From NCBI GenBank assembly GCA_951406725.2, contig OX597817.1:151900001-151964000 (forward strand): a stretch of 64,000 nucleotides of DNA. The letters are read 5' to 3'. Source of the stretch: Octopus vulgaris. Its lineage: Eukaryota. This document shows, one piece after another, positions 25,899 to 38,516 of the stretch. Made by a program: the position numbers and the translations under genes. Under the pieces are notes generated by a model. It was not told the DNA's origin and did not search any database. It was given only the letters and a program-made list of their open reading frames with translations. The stretch's first letter is position 1, and every line of letters begins with the position of its first letter.

Positions 25899-26130
25899 GG
25901 CGGCGAGCTGGGGAAACGTTAGCACGCCGGGCGAAATGCGTAGCCGTATTTCGTCTGCCGTTACGTTCTGAGTTCAAATTCCGCCGAGGTCGACTTTGCC
26001 TTTAATCCTTTCGGGGTCGATAAATTAAGTACCAGTTACGTACTGGGGTCGATGTAATCGACTTAATCCGTCTGTCTGTCCTTGTTTGTCCCCTCTGTGT
26101 TTAGCCCCTTGTGGGTAGTAAAAGAAATAT
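25899..26130 (+). mobile_element. SINE family C monomer
   Basis: Complete head-to-tail unit; TSD AATTCTGAAGCGA. Confidence 0.9.
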
Positions 26131-26208
26131 ATAATTCTGAAGCGACAACTCACAGGTTCTTATTGAGGAATACACATAAACGTACAAGCAAGGCACATAC
26201 GCGAACAT

Positions 26209-26250
<42 letters not shown>

Positions 26251-26404
26251 GATACACACACAAAATACACACATATGCCATATATACTTGCATAAAATTG
26301 CCCTATTTTATACTTGATTTAAACTGAAAAATCTGGGGTACAGCTTACACACGAGTAAATACTGTATAGGTACATGTTTGGATGGATGGATGGATGTATG
26401 CATG

Positions 26405-26657
26405 CAGGGTCGGATTTGGACCTATATGATAGATTGTTTTCGGATTTGGCACCGCACCAATAGAGAGTCCTGCACACATGCTCGAAAGGAGGACGCTATG
26501 ATGGATTTTTAGCATATCGTAGTGGCTAATGTCTTAATCCCTCAACGCTTTTTGGCTGGGACTAGCCTAATATACTAAGCATAAAACATCAATATTTAGC
26601 TTTTGTGGAGTAGAGGGGCCCCACTGATAGGGCCTCGCACTTTTGAGCACCGGCCCT
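26405..26657. mobile_element. hAT-like MITE
   Basis: Termini CAGGGTCGGAT / ACCGGCCCT, subterminal GGGCCCC. Confidence 0.5.
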
Positions 26658-26660
26658 CGA

Positions 26661-26874
26661 TGTGGTAAGAAGCTTGCTTCCCAGCCACATGGTTCCGGGT
26701 TCAGTCCCACTGCCTGACACCTTGGGCAAGTGTCTTCTATTATAGCCTCAGGCCGACCAAAGCCTTGTGAGCGGATTTGGTTGACAGAAACTGAAAGAAG
26801 CTTGTCGTACGTGTGTGTGTGTGTGTATGTGTGTGTATGTGTATGTGTGTGTGTGTATGTATGTGTGCGCGTGT

Positions 26875-26949
<75 letters not shown>

Positions 26950-27137
26950 TGTCTCCCCGCCATCACTTGACAACCGATGCTGGTGTGTTTATATCACCTT
27001 AGCGGTTCGGCAAAAGGGTCCAATAGAATAGTATTGGGCCTACAAAGAATAAGTCCTGGGGTCGACTTCTTCGACTAAAACCCATTAAGACGATGCTCCA
27101 GCATGGCCAGTCAAATGACTGAAACAAGTAAAAGAAT
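26661..27137 (+). mobile_element. SINE family A with expanded (TG)n
   Basis: Similarity to family A. Confidence 0.87.
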
Positions 27138-28027
27138 ATATGTAAATATGCATGTAAAATACGTACGTATATATTCTTGTATAATTAGGTTCCGATGAAG
27201 CTATAAGACGTCGCACCAAAAGTGCGGCAACGAAATTAGCTTAAGGGGGTACAGACCCCAAGACCAACCTAAGATGTTCAAAACATTTTCATGGTCCACA
27301 AAAATTTCGGGGTGGGGTGAGGTGGAGTAGGGGTGGAGTGGATTACACTTCCTGCAGCCCTTGTTCCCAAGCCTGTGTGTTACACTGACACTCAACTCTA
27401 GGTGCACAGTTCCTAGTAACCCAAAATGCTGTATGTTAATGATAGGTGGTTTCGTAACACCTGTGCTTTTGTCAATTATCTATCAATTGATTGATATATA
27501 AATCCAATCCAAATCGAGTTAGGTATAGTGAGCAAATGATAATATCAGATCAGAAATATTAAATTTCTAAATCTCTCATAGAGATATGTACGGTGGTGGG
27601 GCGATAGAATGGTTATATACTGTCGATCTAACGTGAACGTGACAGTAGGGGGTTACACCACCGCTGTTTAGCCCTAGAAAGCATCGACGCTTCCTGATGG
27701 CTTCGACACATTTTTCTTGTGTCCTTATATACATTTACGAAGGGGAGACAAACACCCCCAGCAGCCAGGCCTGCATCTAGAGACACGCATGTTTCAGGAT
27801 CATTGTCCATCATCGGTCTAGAGTAGCAGACGCCCGTCAGCCGCGGATATCTGTCCTGATTCGCAAATGTATATATCTAATTTTCAGTGAAGTTTATTCA
27901 CCTGAGAAACATTTTTAAATCTCTGTAAGAGATACAAATAGTAACCATGGTGAAAACTAATGTTTGATGTCACTTCAGTTTGGCTGTTCCATACAGAACT
28001 ATGATACTACATCTTAACCTCAGGCAA

Positions 28028-28258
28028 GGCGGCGAGCTGGCAGAAACGTTAGCACGTCGGGTGAAATGCGTAGCCGTATTTCGTCTGCCGTTACGTTCTG
28101 AGTTCAAATACCGCCGAAGTCGACTTTGCCTTTCATCCATTCGGTGTCGATAAATTAAGTACCAGTTACACACTGGGATCGATGTAATCGACTTAATCCG
28201 TTTGTCTGTCCTTGTTTGTCCCCTCTGTATTTAGCCCCTTGTGGGCAGTAAAGAAATA
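28028..28258 (+). mobile_element. SINE family C monomer
   Basis: Complete unit; TSD TACAT(C/T)TTAACCTCAGG. Confidence 0.9.
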
Positions 28259-28322
28259 TATACATTTTAACCTCAGGAAAACATCATTTCCAGCTTGTTA
28301 ACGACACACAACCTATGTCTGA

Positions 28323-28466
28323 TATATTGCGAGTAAGGGAGCGAATCGCTCCCCTCCAGCGTGACAAGACCAGTAGACCAGAACTGGTTTCAGGGTCTTA
28401 CTCTTCCTCAGTTCTGGACACTTGCCTGCTAGAGATGGTAGTCATTCATCCCTACTCGCAATATAT
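28323..28466. mobile_element. Small fold-back MITE
   Basis: TATATTGCGAGTA.GGGA / TCCCTACTCGCAATATA, with imperfect pairing further inward. Confidence 0.6.
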
Positions 28467-28555
28467 AAACAAATAAGCGACAATCAACATTCAGTCAGTA
28501 TTAACATACTTTCAGAAATCCAGAAAAAACAGTCGACACTATGTTATCAAAATAC

Positions 28556-29487
28556 ATATGGTTCATGAAAAATATGTTAAACGATATAAATTTATTTAGA
28601 AAATGTTACAAAATATCAATTATAAGCTGGGTAACGACGGTTTGATCTTTGCCTCACAGGGAAATATAGTTCATTGTTTCAGAGAAGCACCTCTTAAATA
28701 CCGCTCACAATTAACTTATTTCTGTAGTCACATATCAAAATATTTTATGAAATATTTTTAACAGCTAATAACTGAATAGTTGCATAACAGTCGCGTAATA
28801 GATGGAAGTCGATTAATCGAATATTTTAATACAAGCGCTAGACAAATATAGCATTTTCTTTACTTAACGTGCATCGAATATCCGTTATTTTTGCTGTTAC
28901 ATATGAAAGGCTAGCGAGTGCTCAAAGACAGCTTTGTAAAAGTCTGTAAGATAGTACAAGCAGTATGAAGATGTTAGACGTTAACGAAAGTGATATTTCT
29001 CGTAATGACTTGAGAAATGATCTTAACGTCAAAGCATCAGCCATTTCTGAATGATGCAATTGTCAATTTCATAATGATGCCATTATAGTTTCCAATCAAG
29101 GAAAATTGCCTTAAATAAAACATTATTACATTTTTATACATTTTTTTTAATGAAGCAGATTTGAAACAAGTTTACTAATTTTGAGGGCGAATCGAACGAA
29201 CGGGAGAATCGAATGAACAGCAGCTAGAAAAGTCAAATATACAGAATTAAAATTTTGACATATTTTATACATTTATTGTTAAAAAGAAACTAGAAGGAAG
29301 CAAATTTGAAATAACTTTACTAATTTTATCGTTAATGCATTTATTATTAAAATTTATTATCTAAAACAATGAACTATATTTCCATGTGAGGCAAAGATCA
29401 AACCGTCGTTACCCAGCTTATAATTGATATTTTGTAACATTTTCTAAATAATTTTATATCGTTTAACATATTTTTCATAAACCATAT
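28556..29487. mobile_element. Non-autonomous TIR element with ~125-bp inverted termini
   Basis: 28556-28679 is the reverse complement of 29364-29487; no internal ORF. Confidence 0.75.
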
Positions 29488-29839
29488 TATCTAATAGAAG
29501 AAATTAGACTGAAGCTTTGACACACGAACAGACATTCCACTTACGCTTCATACTCTCTAACCAGACATTCTCTCGAAACCGATAGAGGTGTTTTCCTTGT
29601 TCTTGATAAATATAACTTTTCTTGTAGATCACATTATAAATTGTAGATCTCACATACCAAAAGCAGTTTCATGACACGTAGATCGCATACCAAAGTGTCA
29701 CTGCTTACTCTCTGTAGCAGGGTTGATGTTTTAAGCCACCATGTATCATTCTGAAGATTTGTCTGTTGGTTCCCAAATCTGAATCCTTCTATATATGGGT
29801 GTACACACACAAATATATCTATTTATACACGTATATTTT

Positions 29840-30075
29840 ACACGTGTGTTAATATTTGTATAACATCTATAATATAGCAAACAAGAGTATGAAACAGCTG
29901 TAAACGTATATAACACACACACACACACACACACATACACACACACACATATATATATATATATATGTGTGTGTGTGTATGTGTGTGTGTGTGTGTGTGT
30001 GTTATATACGTTTACAGCTGTTTCATACTCTTGTTTGCTATATTATAGATGTTATACAAATATTAACACACGTGT
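29840..30075. repeat. Palindrome centred on (CA)n(TA)n(TG)n; partial third copy at 30757-30885
   Basis: Arms ACACGTGTGTTAATATTTG...CAGCTGTAAACGTATATAAC are exact reverse complements. Confidence 0.9.
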
Positions 30076-30295
30076 GAGCTGGCAGAAACGTTAGCACGCC
30101 GGGCGAAATGCGTAGCTGTATTTCGTCTGTCGTCACGTTCCGAGTTCAAATTCCGCCGAGGTCGACTTTGCCTTTCATCCTTTCGGGGTCGATAAATTAA
30201 GTACCAGTTACACACTGGGGTCGATATAATCGACTTAATCCGTTCGTCTGTCCTTGTTTGTCCCGTCTGTGTTTGGCCCCTTGTGGGTAGTAAAG

Positions 30296-30299
<4 letters not shown>
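30076..30299 (+). mobile_element. SINE family C monomer
   Basis: Similarity to 25899-26130. Confidence 0.88.
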
Positions 30300-30348
<49 letters not shown>

Positions 30349-30350
<2 letters not shown>

Positions 30351-30757
30351 CGTAGGAGTAGCTGTGTGGTAAGTAGCTTGCTTACCAACCACATGGTTCC
30401 GGGTTCAGTCCCACTGCGTGGCACCTTGGGTAAATGTCTTCTGCTATAGCCTCGGGCCGACCAAAGCCTTGTGAGTGGATTTGGTATACGGAAACTGAAA
30501 GAAGCCCGTCGTATATATGTATATATATGTATGTGTGTGTGTATGTATGTGTGTCTGTGTTTGTCCCCCCAACATCGCTTGACAACCGATGCTGGTGTGT
30601 TTACGTCTCCGTAACTTAGCGGTTCGGCAAAAGAGACTGATAGAATAAGTACTAGGCTTACAAAGAATAAGTCCTGGGTGTCGATTTGCTCGACTAAAGG
30701 CGGTGCTCCAGCTTGGCCGCAGTCAAAAGACTAAAACAAGTAAAAGAGTAAAGAGTA
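30349..30757 (+). mobile_element. SINE family A, full length
   Basis: Similarity to family A. Confidence 0.9.
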
Positions 30758-30792
30758 TAGCAAACAAGAGTATGAAACAGCTGTAAACGTAT

Positions 30793-30882
<90 letters not shown>

Positions 30883-30899
30883 ACATTCTGGCGCTCTTT

Positions 30900-31145
30900 C
30901 AGTTACGCCGACGAGGGTTCCAGTTGATGCGATCGACGGAACACCCTGCTCGTGAAATTAACGTACATGTGGCTGAGTACTTAACACAGATGCCAGGGAG
31001 AGTCAGCGCGGAACAGAATATGACAAGGCCGGTCTTTTGAAATACAAATACTACTCATTTTTGCAATGTGAAATAAAGTGTCTTGCTCAAGTAACAACGC
31101 ATCGCTAGGAATTGAACTCACAACCTTGCGATCGTGCGCCAAACA
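30900..31145 (-). mobile_element. Diverged SINE with a B2-type head and B-type tail
   Basis: CCTGCTCGTGAAATTAACGT...ACTCATTTTTGC...GTCTTGCTCAAG. Confidence 0.65.
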
Positions 31146-31551
31146 ACCAAGCCACGCACCTTCATATGCAGATTTAAACTATAACTACTAATTATTAAAT
31201 ATAAAATGTACAAATATGCAAATCGCATACTAAAGTAGAATTTGACTCTTGTAGGTCATGCTGGCTTCGTAGATCGCATACCAAAGTAGCCCCGAGTAAG
31301 CTGACTCTCTACACAGACCCACAGGCGATAGATATACTCAGCATGTTGGCATTCATGCTGCACAAGTACGGGCAATTTATAGTTATATCAGTTTTTTGGT
31401 TGATAATATACGGTTTGACTTCAAATCCGGGAACTTACTCTTTTACACAGAGTGAATTGTAATAATTTCTGGAGTATCCATGTACAATTTTAAATTTGAC
31501 ACATTTTTCAAATAGTCTGCTCGTTAAGCAGTTCTGTGTGTATATGTACGC

Positions 31552-31601
<50 letters not shown>

Positions 31602-32169
31602 TCGTGTGTGTGTGTTTTTGTATGTATTTACATATAAGTGTATGTATTATATATATATATATATGAAGAAAAGTAATGCTGGTTGCAACTTAAACATGGC
31701 TGTTTTGTACGGCACTATGTTACTACCATTTATTTATTATTTATTTTTTTTGTTTTTGTTTTTTACATGAAGAAAGATTTTCTTAAATCTAAAAAATTAC
31801 CAATTGTACACAAAAAATATAGTAAATAAATTTTTAATTTAAGAAAATCTTTCTCCAGATATTGTGACTATATCGAGAATTTTTTCTAAAAGCTTTTTTT
31901 TTTTTTAAATATATATAAGTATACACACATAGACTTCAACTCCAACAGTGTTAAAATTCAAAAAAAAAAAAAAAAAAGAAAAAGAAGAACTTTGATATTT
32001 TATCAGATTTACTTAGATATCAAATAACATTCAAAATCACTGACATTTTTAATCAGAAATCAGGAAGTGATAAAATATAAAACGATGCGGAATGCAGCAG
32101 TTGCCTAATATGTTATTTTGAGCTCTGCTGCTTTCTTTATATAACTCCGGGTTATATTGCTTTTAAATT

Positions 32170-32905
32170 TTAGTCCAAGGCTACAAATTTGGTGGGAGGA
32201 GATAAGTTGATTACATCGACCTCAGTACTCAACTGGTACTTATTTAATGGACCCCGAAAGGATGAAATGCAAAGTCGACCTCGGCGGATTTGAACTCAGA
32301 ACGTAAAGATGGACGAAATGCCGCAAAGCATCTTGTCTCGGCGTGCTAACGATTCGTATTTCTTTATTGTTCACAAGGGGCTACACACAGAGGGGACAAA
32401 CACGGACAGACAAACGGATTAAGTGCGTAACTGGTACTTATTTAATCGACCCCGAAAGGATGAAAGGCAAAGTCGACCTCGGCAGAATTTGAACTTAGAA
32501 CGTAGCGACGGACGAAATACCTATTTCTTTACTACCCACAAGGGGCTAAACACAGAGAGGACAAACAAGGATTGACAAAGGGATTAAGTCGATTATATCG
32601 AACCCAGTGTGTAACTGGTACTTATTTAATCGACCCCGAAACGTTCTGAGTTCAAATTCCGCCGAGGTCGACTTTGCCTTTCATCCTTTCGGGTTGATTA
32701 AATAAGTACCAGTTATGCACTGAGGTCGATATAATCGACTTAATCCGTTTGTCTATCCTTGTTTGTCCTCTCTGTATTTAGCACCTTGTGGGTAGTAAAG
32801 AAATAGGTACGACTTTGCCTTTCATCCTTTCGGGGTCGATAAATTAAGTACCAGTTGCGTACTGCGGTCTATCTAATCGACTGGCCCCTTCCCCAAAAAT
32901 TTCGG
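32170..32905. mobile_element. SINE family C cluster: minus-strand units switch to plus-strand units at 32640
   Basis: Junction CGACCCCGAA|ACGTTCTGAGTTC. Confidence 0.85.
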
Positions 32906-33079
32906 GAAAGTAGGAAAAAATAATAATAATAATTCAAACTTCATTATTGTTACACATATTTCTTATGATTCATTTTAAGTTGCAAGGACACCATGCACAC
33001 ACAAACACAGGGCCGGATTAAAACCCATAGATGCCTTAAACACTTAAGAGATTTTGAATGATGGTGCCTCGTATATATT

Positions 33080-33365
33080 CTTCTACTCAAGAGCGGATAA
33101 AGTTCCTTAGTTTCATGGACGAGTTCTCTCCAGCAGTCTTTGTCCCGCATCATCGCTGCCATGTCCTGTGTCTCCCAGAGACACGTGTCTGTCCTTAGGA
33201 CATCAACGTATGTCATCCTCAGTCTCTTCTAGTGTGTCCGTGTAGGGGCTCCCACAAGTGCACTGAGTGCAGTATCAACTCTGAATGACGCTGAGCATGT
33301 CCAGCTACCCTCAGTCTCCTCTGTGTTATTTTCAAGCTAACTTTTGGATGAAGAACTCAGAGCTG
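33080..33365 (-). pseudogene. RTE-X-like LINE RT C-terminal fragment
   Basis: KITQRRLRVAGHAQRHSE...LWEPLHG...TYVDVLRTDT...MRDKDCWRELV. Confidence 0.7.
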
Positions 33366-33588
33366 TACGAGAACCTCGTATATATGTAATTCAAAGTATA
33401 ACAATAATAAACCATAAAATAATTTAATATTTTTAAAAATGAAATAAAACTGACTGCAACATGGAAAATAATGTTTATTTTCGTATACTTCCATTTAATT
33501 TATATTTGAAAAGCTTTCTCCGACTTCTTTTTAATTGCAAAGTTTTTGACCAAATCCTCGATATGACACCGTAAACACTTCAAAATTA

Positions 33589-34100
33589 CCGTAAATCCTC
33601 GAGTATAGTCTGCCCTTGAATATAATACGCAGGAGATTTTTAGGGGGCTGTACCTCTGAAAAACCTAAACCTTGTGTATAATACGCACCCCTTCTCTATC
33701 TTGAGTCAAGGAAGTCTATATAACATCCTTGGTTTGTAAAACTGTATACGGTAACGTCCTTTATTATTATTGTACATATAACATAATGCAAACGTGTAGC
33801 TTTTTTGTGCATTTTGTTTGCAGAAAATAAAGAAATAACAGTAATAAAGTTTAATAAATGTTGCTTATTGCAAGTTATGGAGGATTCTTTTATGACTTCA
33901 TTGCTTTCAGGTTTAGCTTAAGGTAGTTTCGTGTCCGACATCACAAAATGCGTCTGAATAAACATTGCCGGACAGCAAATAGAGACTCGGACATTGCTTA
34001 GAAAATATATTTCATTTTTAACCTCGTGTATAACACGCACTAGGGATTTTGACCTTTAAATTTTGGGGAAATAATGCGGATTATACTCAAGGATTTACGG
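33589..34100. mobile_element. Tc1/mariner (pogo/Tigger-like) MITE
   Basis: TIR ta|CCGTAAATCCTCGAGTATA / TATACTCAAGGATTTACGG|ta. Confidence 0.8.
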
Positions 34101-34344
34101 TACTTCCATTTAATTTATATTTGAAAAGCTTTCTCCGACTTCTTTTTAATTGCAAAGTCTTTGACCAGATCCTCGCTATGACGCCATAAACACTTTGAAA
34201 TTATATTTCTGATCATGTAAACCACTTCAAATATTATTTTAGCAAGTTTTATGGAATTTCTTTTGTACTGTAAACGTTTTATCATTTATTTGGTGCCCCA
34301 TTCCCTTGATGTCCTAAACGCGCGCTTATTTTGCTTAATGGTTA

Positions 34345-34440
<96 letters not shown>

Positions 34441-34591
34441 ACACACACACCCACACACACACTTAAATAAACGTGAACAACCAAAAACGCCGTCTTTGTG
34501 TAACACAATCAGTTGCACGTTGGATGCTTTTAGAAGAGTTCGCTTCGTTGCAAGCATTCAAACCAGATCCCAACAGTCTCACCTATTTTTT

Positions 34592-34622
<31 letters not shown>

Positions 34623-34687
34623 TTTTTATTTATTTATTTATTTACCTATCTTTTTTTTTTCTTTTTTTCTTCGGGTATTGGACTTAC

Positions 34688-34920
34688 CGATATTCAGTCT
34701 GAAAGAGCCCTGCAAGGATCAGAGGTAGCGCCCTTCTCCTCACCCTTCTTCTTCCTCTTCTTCAACTTCTTCATCTACTCCTCCTCCTCCTCTTCCCCAC
34801 TACTGCTACTACGATTACTTCATCCCCCTCCCCTTCTGCCTTCATCTTTGCGTCTTCCTCCTCTGCCAAACCTGACACATGTATGTATACTCTGTGTGCG
34901 TGAGCGTGTGCGTGTGTGTA

Positions 34921-34959
<39 letters not shown>

Positions 34960-35000
34960 ATGCCTATATGCACGCTCACGTATTGTCGCCATTTTTCATT
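34688..35000 (-). promoter_or_regulatory. Candidate first exon / 5' UTR of a minus-strand gene
   Basis: AAAAATGGCG at 34996-34987, GA-rich body, consensus donor TCG|GTAAGT at 34688/34687. Confidence 0.35.
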
Positions 35001-35500
35001 GGAAGCAGATCATGATTATTGTTTTGTTTCTTTCTTTCTTGGTTTGTTTTTGTCAGTTATTTTTTTTTTTTAATATATATATTTTCTGATAATTCTGCAG
35101 GAGTGTTAAGGATGAGACAAAATACCGAAACCAGCAGCATTTTCGTTTGCTGATAAGATAACATTTAAACATGAAGCAAATTTTCATTGGTTAAAGCGTT
35201 TTGTAAATCATGAACTTTTAAATTGAACAGGACCTTATATTTGTAAAAGAAAAAAATATTTAATAGTTTTCAAATAAACAAACGGAGGATATTTTGGTCG
35301 TATAAACAAATTATATTTGGTTAGCGCATTTATTTTTACACCATTCATTTCCAAATTTCCAAATCTAACTGGAGAGGACCCAAACATAAATCACAAACAT
35401 GAAACTATTTAATGATTTATTGTGAGGATCCTGCAGAGTTTTGAACCATTGCGTTCAGGTTTTGAAGGGCAGGGTCACGGCCTACTATACTGCTTAAAAG

Positions 35501-35645
35501 TATTAGGTTGTCCCAAAAGTTCGTAAACACTTGCGAAAATTGAATTTTTACTCGCCAAGTACTAACAAAAACAACAAAAATTATTCCTCAAAATAAAGAC
35601 CATTATTTTCCAAGACTTTCTACGAACTTTTGGGACAACCTTATA
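35501..35645. mobile_element. Mariner-type MITE (MADE-like)
   Basis: TATTAGGTTGTCCCAAAAGTTCGTA / TACGAACTTTTGGGACAACCTTATA, TA flanks. Confidence 0.85.
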
Positions 35646-35859
35646 TTTAAAGAGTGCCAAAAAAAAATAAGAGAAAAGAATATTTGTAACGAATAAAGCA
35701 AATTGAATTTATTCGCTTTCAGGTTTCCATAATAACAATATACATGAAGCATTGAAGCTGAAGGCTGTTGTACTGAATGTCTTATGCAAAAACAAAATTC
35801 CCGACTAAAATTCCTTCTTGGTTGAAGAAAGTAAACGAGAGCCTAATGACTATTGCTAG

Positions 35860-36200
35860 CAGTCCATAAAGAATTAGGAAAATGTATTCCGTCTCCCTCT
35901 CTTTCTCTCTCTTCCTTGGCTTCTTCTCTTCGGTTTTCCAGTTGTCAAATGCTTAAGGCTTTGTCTTCTCATGTGGTGTCCAATGAACCGAGCCTGTTGT
36001 CTCATATGTTATTGAGAAGTTCTCTGGTGATCTTTACTCGTCCAGAAGCCCCAATGCCTGTCACAGTATCTGCCAGCTTAAGACACTTTTAGTTTTCCTC
36101 TTCGCAACCACATCTCTGCTGCATTGGTATGCACTTTTACTTGTTCGTTGATGTTCCATGTCACACAACCATATGTGAGAAATGGTTCTGTGCATCTCCC
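35860..36200 (-). pseudogene. RTE-clade LINE RT C-terminal fragment
   Basis: PFLTYGCVTWNI...AAEMWLRR...RQQARFIGHHMRRQSLKHLTTGK...SQGR. Confidence 0.72.
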
Positions 36201-36398
36201 TAGGAGTTTTTACGTCTCACCCTTATCGATAGCAATTATTTGACTTCACACACACACACACATATATATATATAGTGTTAGAGATAGAAACACCCACGAC
36301 TTCATCAACTCGGAACGGTATTAACTCAACCAAGCCATAAAATATTAAATATAATACTTACTATTTCTATTCATAATCCCCAAATTTTCCATATTACG

Positions 36399-36494
36399 GA
36401 CTACACGTGTTTCATTAGGGTACGTATGGTATTATTAAGACACAAAGTCTCATTCAAAAACTCATTATGTTTACGCACTCCCAATTGTCAGGTC
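36399..36494 (-). ncRNA. Hammerhead-like motif with long stem II
   Basis: gac CUGACAA UUGGGAGUGCGUA...UACGUACCCUAA U GAAA CACGUG UA guc; G8A change consistent with CpG decay. Confidence 0.55.
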
Positions 36495-36611
36495 TACTTT
36501 CCCCACATTTATAAGTATAACTACTCCTTATATGTAACACTGTTTTGATATATATGAATTCATTATTGAGAGTAATTCAATTTAATATTTTTAATTTGAA
36601 TGTCTCATGTA

Positions 36612-36651
<40 letters not shown>

Positions 36652-36784
36652 CATACATACACACATGATCTCACCATAAGCAGCCTTAGTCTCATCAACC
36701 TTTGAAGGAATATAATTCAAGCAATTGAGAATTAATTTTACAAAGTTAATTTACACGTCTAGAGAAAGGGCTGCAAAGGGCAAC

Positions 36785-36822
36785 TATGAACATGTTTCAG
36801 CCTATTAGACTTCACCAGCATA
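36785..36822 (-). ncRNA. Minimal type I hammerhead-like motif
   Basis: uaug CUGGUGA AGUCU aau AGGCU GAAA CAUG UU caua; all three stems present, one core change (A6G). Confidence 0.65.
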
Positions 36823-37271
36823 CTGTAGTCTAACAGCCTGTTGATCAGTTGACAAGAATTTTTACATGTAGGAAAAGAGTTCAAAAATATTTTTTGAGCT
36901 GTATAAATTTACATAATTAACAATAAAGTGTACCAAGGGAAATAACTAAAGTAGACCATTGGCTTGAATTTAAATAATTAAGTTGAAGGGTGACGTACTG
37001 AATGCCTTTTCCCTAAAAATTCTTAATTAACTGAAATTTCAATTAATTAAGAATATAATTTCTATGTACAACATTCAGCGCTGTAACCTTTGACTTCATT
37101 ACTGTATCATGCCATTAGTTTATTTCAGTTATTTCCCTTAAACGAACAGGTATTTTTGTTTTGTTTTGTTCTTTCTCTCACTCTCTCACTTTCTCTCTCT
37201 TTTTCTCTCTCACATACTCTCTCTTTTTCTCTCTCACATACTCTTTCTTTTTCTCTTTTTTCCTCTGTCTG

Positions 37272-37303
<32 letters not shown>

Positions 37304-37409
37304 GCTGTATAATACCTAACTATGAGTAAAATAACCAAACAAAACAATTATAGTAAAAACTGCTGTAATTGTCCGGGAGCAGTTTAATACTTCTTTGCTA
37401 TTACGATTA

Positions 37410-37802
37410 TCTATATATATAAAACTGTAGTTGTGTGAGTGTCTGTCCCCTTCGATTTAGATTCCTAACTACTCCCACATTTTGCGGTGCAGTTTAACCA
37501 AAACCGGGTATCTTATAGTCGTGATTCATATCGAGCCCTTCTAGGTATTAGCGCGCGTCTACGATGAGTCTACGATTTTTTAAATAATTTACCATCATTT
37601 TTTTCCATTTTCATGCATATATTTTTAAAGGGAAGTAACTCTCTAAAAATGTCTACGATGAGTTAACGATTTAAAAAAAATTTACCATCATATTTCTTCC
37701 ATTTTTAATGCATTTTTTAGCTATTTTTTGGCTATAACTCTCTAAAAATGCTGTATAGTTATTTCCCTTACAAACCCGAGCAACGCCGGGCGATACTGCT
37801 AG
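37410..37802 (+). mobile_element. Non-autonomous Helitron
   Basis: a|TCTATATA...CCCGAGCAACGCCGGG-CGATACTGCTAG|t; internal tandem duplication. Confidence 0.85.
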
Positions 37803-38158
37803 TTTTCAATAATCATAAAGCGATAGTCACTTCGAGAAAGAAAAACTCCTCATTTTACATATCAAACATAATATTTTACATCTAATTTGAACGATTTACC
37901 AAAAGTAAAACTGTGAGCCGGGAACTACGGAATCCACTCTCTTCCTTCCTTTTTCTTCTTGCTTCTCCTTCTCTTAGTAAGCAAATGTAACACGGGGTTC
38001 CGCTGCCACTATATCGCCAGACAAATATATTAGAAATTTAATTATTAATTTATGAATATACATATAGTGAAATGATTCGATAAATTTTTTTTTCACGCGG
38101 TGAATTGTAGTGTAAAACATAAAAAGAAGCAAAATGCATAGAAATTTTATGTTGGACA

Positions 38159-38239
<81 letters not shown>

Positions 38240-38242
<3 letters not shown>

Positions 38243-38430
38243 CAAATTTATAGAAAAACAAAGACGAAGGCGGTTGTAGAAACAACAATCAAGTGTATTA
38301 GTATGACGCTCGGGAAAAATGGAAAAGTCTTTTATGTTTCGAGCCTACGCTCTTCGACAGAAAGGAATGAGATGAAATAAATAGAAAGCGAATGAAAAAA
38401 ACGCTGTTGAGTTCAATGGTCCAACATGTC
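38240..38430 (-). mobile_element. Penelope-like module, copy 3, with hammerhead-like motif at about 38327-38364
   Basis: cuuu CUGUCGA a GAGC guag GCUC GAAA CA UA aaag; abuts (TA)n. Confidence 0.65.
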
Positions 38431-38432
38431 GA

Positions 38433-38516
<84 letters not shown>

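Larger units (their letters stand above)
33008..34348. mobile_element. Non-autonomous hAT-like element hosting nested inserts
   Basis: Left end CAGGGCCGGATTA; right subterminal GGTGCCCC...GCTTAATGGTTAA; hAT-like C-terminal remnant (EDLVKNFAIKK..RRKLF) on the minus strand. Confidence 0.5.

Noticed and set aside
34771-34992. 73-aa ORF starting MATIR in a good start context
   Set aside because: Runs through (CA)n and a GA-rich tract to an early stop; kept only as a possible 5' UTR signal
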